64,000 bases of DNA from Christensenellaceae bacterium (lineage in GTDB: Bacteria; Bacillota; Clostridia; Christensenellales; CAG-138), in contig JAFLSU010000003.1 of NCBI GenBank assembly GCA_022510765.1, positions 5,508 to 69,507 on the forward strand. The letters run 5' to 3'. The position numbers were made by a program, and so were the translations under genes. The notes beneath the pieces are model-generated. The model ran no database searches. It was not told where the DNA came from and saw only the letters and a list, made by a program, of their open reading frames with translations. Positions 57,238 through 64,000 of the stretch are shown here, piece after piece. Each line of letters starts with the position of its first letter. Position 1 is the first letter of the stretch.

Positions 57238-57963
57238 ATGCTTCGGAAAGGAAACCGGCTTATTATGAATGACAATTTCGAACACGAAGAAGCGAACGCT
57301 TCGCCCATAAGAATAGTTAACTCCATTAGCATGGATCAACTAACAAAAAAGCAGCGCGAACGCTTTGGTGGTGCTGCCGAATGGCTTCATAAATGCGATA
57401 GGAGCTATAAGATCACAACGACAGCGTATTTCATTCTATACCTAATGTGCGTTGTTATCGGTGCATTCGCACTTCGTCAGTTTTTCTTTGAGCCAACGGT
57501 TGTAGATGGCGAATCAATGCAGAACACTCTAATGAACGGCGAGCGGGTGTTCGTAGAGAAGGTGTCCTATTGGTTTGACGAACCACAGCGCGGCGACATT
57601 GTTATTGTCCATTTTCCCGATAGAACCGAATGCTTTGTAAAGCGTATAATCGCTTTCGGCGGCGAGACGATAAGCATCAAGGATGGCTATGTGTACATCG
57701 ATGGACAGCTTCTCGATGAATCCGCCTATGCCGGAGACTGGTACGGCAGAATCAGAGACGACATGAAGATCAAGTGCGAAGGCAGTGTAAACGGCACTTA
57801 TGTTGTTCCATATGGTCATGTCTTTGTTATGGGCGATAATCGAAACTGGTCGCACGACAGCCGCGCGGTTGATGTCGGAGCAATCCCCCTTGAGCAGGTG
57901 CTTGGAAAGGCTCGCTTTGTAGTCTGGCCCATTTCGGAAGCAAGGAGGATTGATAACTGGTGA
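57238..57963 (+). CDS. lepB: Signal peptidase I
   Basis: TM anchor, catalytic Ser box VVDGESMQNTL, Lys box FVKRIIAFGGETI, and box E GDNRNWSHDSR. ATG at 57238 has GGAG 6 nt upstream. The ORF is open from 57214. Confidence 0.88.
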   Translation: MLRKGNRLIMNDNFEHEEANASPIRIVNSISMDQLTKKQRERFGGAAEWLHKCDRSYKITTTAYFILYLMCVVIGAFALRQFFFEPTVVDGESMQNTLMNGERVFVEKVSYWFDEPQRGDIVIVHFPDRTECFVKRIIAFGGETISIKDGYVYIDGQLLDESAYAGDWYGRIRDDMKIKCEGSVNGTYVVPYGHVFVMGDNRNWSHDSRAVDVGAIPLEQVLGKARFVVWPISEARRIDNW

Positions 57964-58505
57964 GACCTTTACGAATACGCAGCAGCGAATCAAATACAGG
58001 TCTTTATCGCTTTCTTGATTGGTTGATCGCTGTGGCACTTGGTGCGATCGCAGTGGCGTTGCTGCTTTTCGTTTTCATGACTCCTATAGTTGTCGAAGAG
58101 GATTCCATTGCCGATATAGGCGGAGGCGAATTGGTTTTTGCTGACAGAATGGGCAAGTACTTTGCAGATTATGGGCGTGGTGATATTGTAGTTTATCGCT
58201 ATGGTAAATCAAGCAAGACGCATCTTGGACGCATAGTTGCATTTAGCGGCGAACAAGTACAGGTCAGCAACGGTCATATTTATATTAACGATGCATATCT
58301 TGACGAATCAGCGTATGCGATTGGTTTTAGCGATGAATACAGCTTTTGCTTCACCGTTCCGAACGGGAAAGTATTGATATTGCCTGACGACAGATCAAGT
58401 ATCGATGGAAACCGAATCGATGCTATGACATTCTCTGCAAGTGAGATCGTCGGCGAAGTACGTTTCAGAATTTACCCCCTTAATAAGCTTGAATTATTTG
58501 CTTAA
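57960..58505 (+). CDS. Signal peptidase I-like paralog lacking the catalytic Lys (probable pseudo-enzyme)
   Basis: The GTG start overlaps the lepB stop (GTGA), and a TM anchor (LIAVALGAIAVALLLFVF) is present. By manual alignment to the neighbouring LepB, EDSIADIG corresponds to GESMQNTL. LGRIVAFSGEQV corresponds to VKRIIAFGGETI, so Lys becomes Gly. PDDRSSIDGNR corresponds to GDNRNWSHDSR. Confidence 0.7.
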   Translation: MRPLRIRSSESNTGLYRFLDWLIAVALGAIAVALLLFVFMTPIVVEEDSIADIGGGELVFADRMGKYFADYGRGDIVVYRYGKSSKTHLGRIVAFSGEQVQVSNGHIYINDAYLDESAYAIGFSDEYSFCFTVPNGKVLILPDDRSSIDGNRIDAMTFSASEIVGEVRFRIYPLNKLELFA

Positions 58506-58575
58506 TTTTGGCGAGTTAAATCTGTGCTATTCCCTGCCCCACCGCGCGATTTAAGAAATACAATAACTTGATTCA

Positions 58576-58617
58576 AAAAAGTCTCCCACATAGCCTTGTC
58601 TATGAAGGAGACTTTTT
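58576..58617. terminator. Bidirectional terminator between the SPase genes (+) and the GH94 gene (-)
   Basis: 11-bp stem, AAAAAGTCTCC with GGAGACTTTTT, and a 20-nt loop, giving A/T runs on both sides. Confidence 0.8.
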
Positions 58618-58636
58618 GGGTGCGGAATGCTATTAT

Positions 58637-61600
58637 TTATTCATACATAACTTCAACGTTGTGCACATTTTCGTCATCAATTAACGGAACGGAGCAGTCA
58701 TCCTCGCTTTTACCGCCATCCAGCAAAATATCCGATCTGCCAACGCGCTTTGCATTGATTCTGTACAGGGTTCGCGAATTGCTTCCAAATCTATACTCGG
58801 CAGAAAAACCGTTCATCGTCGTACAAGGTTTAATCTTCAAGCGATCACCGCGTTTTTTTATTCCCAAGATATACTCAGTGGCCGCACGATAGAGCCAGCC
58901 CGCCGCGCCCGTGTACAGCGTCCAGCCCGCTCTACCGGCAAGCCGTCCTTCGGAATAGACATCGCCAGCAACGGCATATGGTTCTCCCTTGTACCGCTCC
59001 ACGTTAAGCGTGCCGCCATGTTCAACGGGATTGATGAGCTTGAATAAATAATGTGCCGTTTGGACGCGACCAAGCATACATGCAGCAATTACACTCCAAG
59101 CGGCCGCATGGGTGTACTGTCCGCCGTTTTCGCGAACGCCCTCGAGATAACCCTCGATATAACCTACCCTATGCCCGGAATGCCCAGAAAAAGCCGGGGT
59201 CAGTAGCTTGATAAGTCCGTTTTCGTTATCCACAAGCCCCGCGAGCAATGTATCAAAGGCCTCCTCCTTATGATCGGCGTTTGCGAACACCGCAAAGCAT
59301 TCACTGACGCAGTCAAGCGCGCATTCCCCGCTGTCCGCACCACCAAGGCTTGTTCCGTCGGCATGGAATGCTCGCACATAGCGTGTACCATCCCAAGCAT
59401 GCTTTTCAAGATCAGAGCGCAATCTTTCTGCAAAGGACTCATACCTTTGAGAGACTTCCGTATCCCCTCTTAATCTGCATATAGGCAGGAATTTTTCAAT
59501 AACAATTAGCGTAAAGAAGCCAAGAAATACGCTTTCTCCACCGTTTTCCCCCACGCAGTCCATGCCGTCGTTCCAGTCGCCCGTACCCATCAAAGGCAGA
59601 CCATGAGCTCCTTTTGTGAGTGAGCAATCGATCGCGCGCTTGCAATGCTCGTACAGCGTATCGCTTGAATTCCCGTGATGCATGTTCGCATACAGATCTC
59701 TTTTCCCTTCCTCCATCGGCATTTCCTCAAGGTATGGACATATCTCATCAAAAACACCGTAATCGCCGCTCGTTTCAGCGTATTCGACAGCGGCATATGG
59801 AAGGAATAGGCGGTCATCCGTAATGCGTGTGCGCACACCGCGAACAACATCGCCGGAGCTCTCCCCTTCATGCCACCAATGGAGTACATCCCCTGCTTCA
59901 AACTGCATCGAAGCACAGTAGAGTATCTGTTCCCTCGTCCTGTCCGGATCGGTAAGAAGCAGCGAAAGCACATCCTGAAGCTGATCTCGGAAACCGAACG
60001 CTCCTCCGCTTTGATAGAACCCCGTGCGACCGATAAGCCTTGAAGAATAGACCTGATATAGCAATCGGCCGTTCACTATCGCATTGAAACGCTCATCCTC
60101 CGTATTGACGGTAAGCATATTTAGCCTCTGTGAGTTAAGCTTCGCGTTACCGTGCATGGCCTTCTCAAAAGAGCAGCTTTCAATATCCTCAGCAATGCGT
60201 TCCACAGCGTCGCAGCCAAGCAGCAGCACTATTTCGGCGGTTGTACCTCCATCCACTTCAAACTCTACAACGATCGAGTTATCAGTGCATAGTATCGGCT
60301 CCGCGCCCGATTTTAGCGCGATAAAGCCCGCTTCGCTAAAATCCGATAGGAGATTGACGGCAAGCACTCTATCGCTCCCCACATGGGTAAGCAGGCTTTC
60401 TCTGCGAACGGACGCACCGAGTATCCACTCCACCTGAAACTCCACTCGCCTTTTCAAGTTAAAAACTCCTTTGTTTTTCACGAGCACTCTATAATATTTT
60501 ATCGGCAGGTCGGGATCCACACACTCGGTCAGCGAATAGTCCGCATTTTCAGTTGTGCATGTGAATATGCTGTAGCCATAGCCGTGCCGCACCTCATACT
60601 CCCCTTCTCCCTCCGGCGTGAGAGAAAGCAATTCGCCGCGTTCGGGGTCGATCATACGTATTCGCTCCTTCTTTCCGTCCCTCACGGCATCATTTGACCA
60701 TGGTGTGACCCGGTTGAGCCTTGAATTGCGCCTCCATGTGTATCCGCCGCCGCTTTCGGTAACGAGCGTTCCGAAGCCCTTGTTTGCAAGCACATTGCTC
60801 CATGGCAGCGGAGTTTTTCTGTCCGCGCGTGGGTAAATCACATATTCCTCATTTTCAAAATCGAAGCCGCCTATCCCGTTAAAGTCGAAAAGCTTCCTAT
60901 GTGGAATTGGCAGCGTCTTCGCAGCTTTGAGCGTATCAGAACCCTTGGCTTCGCTTGAACTCGAATTCATAAACATACGCTGCTCGTCACTATCCAAAAT
61001 AATGAGCGCATTGCCACGCAGGAATTCCATATCCTCATTTGATATTTCAAAGGAATGAAGCAATATCGTATTTGGTACGTCTCGCAGCATTTCCTCGATG
61101 CCAAGGCGCAGCGGGTTCGCGTACTCGTGCGGATACTCACCTATTACTACAAGGTCGAACTCCGTCCCCTTCCCATGTAGATACAGCAGAATATCCACAG
61201 CTTTACGAAGCTTAGCAAGCTGTGCCTGCTCCGAAACAGAAATCAGAATGATCGCGCGATCACCCGATATGCCGAGCCTCCATAACTCACCTATTCCGTG
61301 AAGCCGTATTGAGCCAAAATCGACATTTGGCTTTATCGGCGTATCCGTAATCACGGCGGCAGCGAGACGTTCAGCGTCGGACGTTATTTCGGGATTCATG
61401 CCATGCGCACGCAGCATCCCCTGCGCCTGCGCTCGGGACAGTTCCTCGGCACCATTCAATCTCAATCGCTGTTCATGAATGATGCTCAATGCCTCGTCCC
61501 TGCTAGATGCGATTCCCGCGATCAGTATGACCCGCTGCGATTCTCCGGGAGCAAGTCGCAAAGACGTTCTTGCTGAAAAATAAGGCTCGACAGGTTGAGT

Positions 61601-64000
61601 TGTCGGTAAATCGGTCGGATGCGATTCCATTGCTTCCGCATAATTGGTGCGCCTCCCCGGAAGCACCAGTCCATCGGTGCAGTATGATACCGGATCGGCT
61701 GCCACCGCGCAAAGGAAGCCAAACTTTTCAGCACGATCGGGCTTTGCCCTCGACCTGAAAAGAATTGCACCGTCCTGCTCAAAGGATTCAATTCCAAGAC
61801 GAACAAACGCAGGATGTGCTTCGTCCTCGTTCATATCCGCAAGGGCAATCTCTGAGAAAATGCCAACGCTAACGTTCTCGACATCGTGTCCGCAGTTAAT
61901 GAGCGTCAGCGTTCGTATCTCACACTCAAAGTCCGCTGAAACGATTATTTCCAAACGTGTGCGTATCTCATCCCTTCGTGAGTCAAATGTTACCTTATGC
62001 GGTTCGGCGACTGCTGTACCGCCGTCCGAACAGCAGTTTACATATCGGGTATGCCCATTATTGCGCACAACAAAGTATATGCCTTGTTCTCCGCCTGCCG
62101 CCTTTCTCCACCGCGTCAGCATTAGATTTCCGCGTTTCGAGAAGCTCTGTCCGTCAGCTCCGATAAACACGCTGTACCGTCCGTTTGAAAGGAGCTGTCC
62201 ATCTGCTAAATTTGCTGCATTGAGCGTGCGCAGATACTCGTCAAAACCGCTGATTCCCTTTTGCTCTCTAAAAATGCTGCTATCATAGGTGCTGATCTTT
62301 ATCGGGTTTGCAGGCATATTTTCGAATAAGAGCTGCTCGTTTGCACGCACCCCGGGCAGGCTCATGAAGCGCTTGACAAGGATATTATCATTCAGCGCGT
62401 TATTAATTGCGCAGAGACTCATGCCCTGATGGTGCGCCATAAAGCTGCGCACGATTTCAAAGTGCTTATCACCAACACGCGATGAGGTATAATCCAACGC
62501 CTCATACATTCCGTATTTTCCAAGCGCACCAAGTTTTTTTAATCTACGCAGGTTTTCGGCAGCAAGCTTCGGTTCGATCATCAATGAAAGCACGGTTGCG
62601 TATGGAGCTACGACCTCCGAACGCTCATGGCACGGAGCAAGCCCCAGCTCGGGACTGCCAAAAGCCCTATACTGATAGTGCAGATCCCCGTCGAACGCAT
62701 AGTATCCTGATTCCGATACTCCCCATGGACGGCTTCCATCAGTCGAAAGCACCTGAGTAAGCACCGCGTTGCGGCAGGCCTCGTACTGCATGCTGTTAGG
62801 GATCGTCTCCATGAAGATGAGCGGCATGAGGTATTCAAACATCGTTCCACTCCAGGATTTTAATACTCTCCCCCCATGCGTATCGCTCATCAATCGCGAT
62901 AAGCTGAACCAATGCTCCGCGCCGATCTGCCCTTGTGAGATCACCGCAAAGCTCATCAAACGTGCTTCAGATGCGTACAGATCATATGCCGATCCCGTAA
63001 GTCTTCCTTCATCGAATTCGCAGCCTATGCGGAACAATTTCTTTCTTCTATCGTACAGAACCGTGAAATTCATATTCTCCGCAAGGTGAACGCATCTATC
63101 CGCAAGCTCGTTTGCCCTTTGAGCCATGCAATCTTCCTCATTAAGCGCCTTTTTAAGTTCACTAAGAGCAACGGAGGTCGCAATTAATGAAGCAAACAGA
63201 TTGCCGCTGTCAACGGATGAAATGAACCTTGGCTTGAGCAGCGAAAGATCCTTTAGGCTGTACCAGTTGAAAAGATGCCCATGCCACTTTTCAAGGCGTT
63301 CAATGGTTGAAACCATGCGCTCAAGACGGAGAAGCATTCCTTCTCCATCGATAAAGCCCATATCATATGCCGAAACCACCGCCATAAGCCCCATGCCAAT
63401 GTTCGTTGGTGAAGTAAGCGGAGCAATGCCCTTATCAGGCTGCTCCTGATAATTATCAGGCGGGAGATAAAAGGTGCTTTCCGTACAGTTTTCCTCAAAA
63501 TACTGCCATGTGCAGCAGAATAGCTGCATTAAGTCCTTTCGCTCCGCATCGGTAAAGCGGTACTGCTTCGGCTTTTTATCAAGGCGCATAGTTACGCAGG
63601 GTGCAAGCAGCCACGCGGCCGCAAGCAGCAGCGCAAGCATTGGCAATCCCCAAAGTATACCCCAAAAACTCAATATGGCTACCGCTATCGAAAGTCCGCC
63701 GCCTATGATGCATGGCAAAAGTAACCTGACATAAGCTCCGGCATTCATCGATTTTCCGACACTTGCGGCGGCGGTCTGCCATTCAAGCATATGCTTATGC
63801 GAAACTGCCATTCGATAGCAGGAACGTATGATCGCATCGGCATCACGGTATGCGGCATATGGCAGGGTCGAAATTTCTGCAAGCCTGCGCCGAACTAGCA
63901 TTACGAGAGGTTTGATCGTTACCCTATCGAAGATTGCTCGAACCATCAGGTTTATAAGTCCTATTATCGGATCGATAAAGAACGCAATAAGCGAACCCGC
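58637..64000 (-). CDS. Giant membrane-anchored GH94-domain protein, cyclic beta-1,2-glucan synthase (Cgs/NdvB/ChvB)-like; 5' end lies outside the window
   Basis: The frame is open with no stop all the way to nt 64000, so the listed Met at 63946 is internal. TM helices are LLLPCIIGGGLSIAVAILSFWGILWGLPMLALLLAAAWLLAP. An alpha-helical glucan-binding/cyclisation-like region carries PLTSPTNIGMGL. The C-terminal GH94 hallmarks are FGFRDQLQD and GTGDWNDGM. Confidence 0.88.
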   Translation of the reverse strand, partial: AGSLIAFFIDPIIGLINLMVRAIFDRVTIKPLVMLVRRRLAEISTLPYAAYRDADAIIRSCYRMAVSHKHMLEWQTAAASVGKSMNAGAYVRLLLPCIIGGGLSIAVAILSFWGILWGLPMLALLLAAAWLLAPCVTMRLDKKPKQYRFTDAERKDLMQLFCCTWQYFEENCTESTFYLPPDNYQEQPDKGIAPLTSPTNIGMGLMAVVSAYDMGFIDGEGMLLRLERMVSTIERLEKWHGHLFNWYSLKDLSLLKPRFISSVDSGNLFASLIATSVALSELKKALNEEDCMAQRANELADRCVHLAENMNFTVLYDRRKKLFRIGCEFDEGRLTGSAYDLYASEARLMSFAVISQGQIGAEHWFSLSRLMSDTHGGRVLKSWSGTMFEYLMPLIFMETIPNSMQYEACRNAVLTQVLSTDGSRPWGVSESGYYAFDGDLHYQYRAFGSPELGLAPCHERSEVVAPYATVLSLMIEPKLAAENLRRLKKLGALGKYGMYEALDYTSSRVGDKHFEIVRSFMAHHQGMSLCAINNALNDNILVKRFMSLPGVRANEQLLFENMPANPIKISTYDSSIFREQKGISGFDEYLRTLNAANLADGQLLSNGRYSVFIGADGQSFSKRGNLMLTRWRKAAGGEQGIYFVVRNNGHTRYVNCCSDGGTAVAEPHKVTFDSRRDEIRTRLEIIVSADFECEIRTLTLINCGHDVENVSVGIFSEIALADMNEDEAHPAFVRLGIESFEQDGAILFRSRAKPDRAEKFGFLCAVAADPVSYCTDGLVLPGRRTNYAEAMESHPTDLPTTQPVEPYFSARTSLRLAPGESQRVILIAGIASSRDEALSIIHEQRLRLNGAEELSRAQAQGMLRAHGMNPEITSDAERLAAAVITDTPIKPNVDFGSIRLHGIGELWRLGISGDRAIILISVSEQAQLAKLRKAVDILLYLHGKGTEFDLVVIGEYPHEYANPLRLGIEEMLRDVPNTILLHSFEISNEDMEFLRGNALIILDSDEQRMFMNSSSSEAKGSDTLKAAKTLPIPHRKLFDFNGIGGFDFENEEYVIYPRADRKTPLPWSNVLANKGFGTLVTESGGGYTWRRNSRLNRVTPWSNDAVRDGKKERIRMIDPERGELLSLTPEGEGEYEVRHGYGYSIFTCTTENADYSLTECVDPDLPIKYYRVLVKNKGVFNLKRRVEFQVEWILGASVRRESLLTHVGSDRVLAVNLLSDFSEAGFIALKSGAEPILCTDNSIVVEFEVDGGTTAEIVLLLGCDAVERIAEDIESCSFEKAMHGNAKLNSQRLNMLTVNTEDERFNAIVNGRLLYQVYSSRLIGRTGFYQSGGAFGFRDQLQDVLSLLLTDPDRTREQILYCASMQFEAGDVLHWWHEGESSGDVVRGVRTRITDDRLFLPYAAVEYAETSGDYGVFDEICPYLEEMPMEEGKRDLYANMHHGNSSDTLYEHCKRAIDCSLTKGAHGLPLMGTGDWNDGMDCVGENGGESVFLGFFTLIVIEKFLPICRLRGDTEVSQRYESFAERLRSDLEKHAWDGTRYVRAFHADGTSLGGADSGECALDCVSECFAVFANADHKEEAFDTLLAGLVDNENGLIKLLTPAFSGHSGHRVGYIEGYLEGVRENGGQYTHAAAWSVIAACMLGRVQTAHYLFKLINPVEHGGTLNVERYKGEPYAVAGDVYSEGRLAGRAGWTLYTGAAGWLYRAATEYILGIKKRGDRLKIKPCTTMNGFSAEYRFGSNSRTLYRINAKRVGRSDILLDGGKSEDDCSVPLIDDENVHNVEVMYE

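Noticed and set aside
1-64000. CRISPR arrays, IS elements, rRNA operons and long direct repeats.
   Set aside because: Reading through the intergenic regions, all of which are under 450 bp, I found no regularly spaced repeats, no transposase-like ORFs and no rRNA-like sequence. An exhaustive repeat search by computation was not possible.

Overview
This 64 kb window looks like core chromosome from an endospore-forming Firmicute, probably class Clostridia. That assignment rests on gene content only: two alpha/beta-type SASPs, spoVAD-spoVAEb, bofA, yaaL, an M50 protease and a PBP5-type carboxypeptidase.

Almost the whole window is coding, and most products can be recognised from classical motifs:
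- DNA repair and segregation: mutS-mutL, uvrB-uvrA, recG, scpA-scpB.
- RNA-related genes: miaB, miaA-hfq, RNase HI, an RNase G/E-family gene and one tRNA-Arg(CCG).
- Metabolism: tkt, nadE, deoB and a type II pantothenate kinase.
- Envelope, secretion and proteolysis: an NlpC/P60 hydrolase, an MBOAT-DUF4358-SGNH triad, two signal-peptidase genes and lon.
- Phosphate: a Pho-like Na/Pi transporter plus two-component operon.
- At the right edge, the 3' two-thirds of a giant membrane-anchored GH94 (cyclic beta-1,2-glucan synthase-like) gene.

I see no CRISPR array, prophage, IS element, toxin-antitoxin pair, defence island or biosynthetic cluster.

The most interesting observations are modest and mostly inferential:
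1. Gene orientation switches sharply and convergently at about 17.5 kb. Next to it sits a 372-aa Xer-like tyrosine recombinase with a perfect 14-6-14 inverted repeat about 50 nt upstream of its start. This may be a single-recombinase dif-like module.
2. A 1130-aa double-FtsX (MacB-type) ABC permease carries a coiled coil of roughly 300 residues in its first extracytoplasmic loop.
3. A B12-binding radical SAM gene, a TIGR03936/DUF2344 gene and an RNase G gene are translationally coupled, and their joint function is unknown.
4. A signal peptidase I gene overlaps a downstream paralog that has lost the catalytic lysine.
5. The Cgs-like glucan enzyme occurs in a Gram-positive spore former.

All coordinates were derived by hand from the sequence and ORF track. 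No database search or numerical computation was run.
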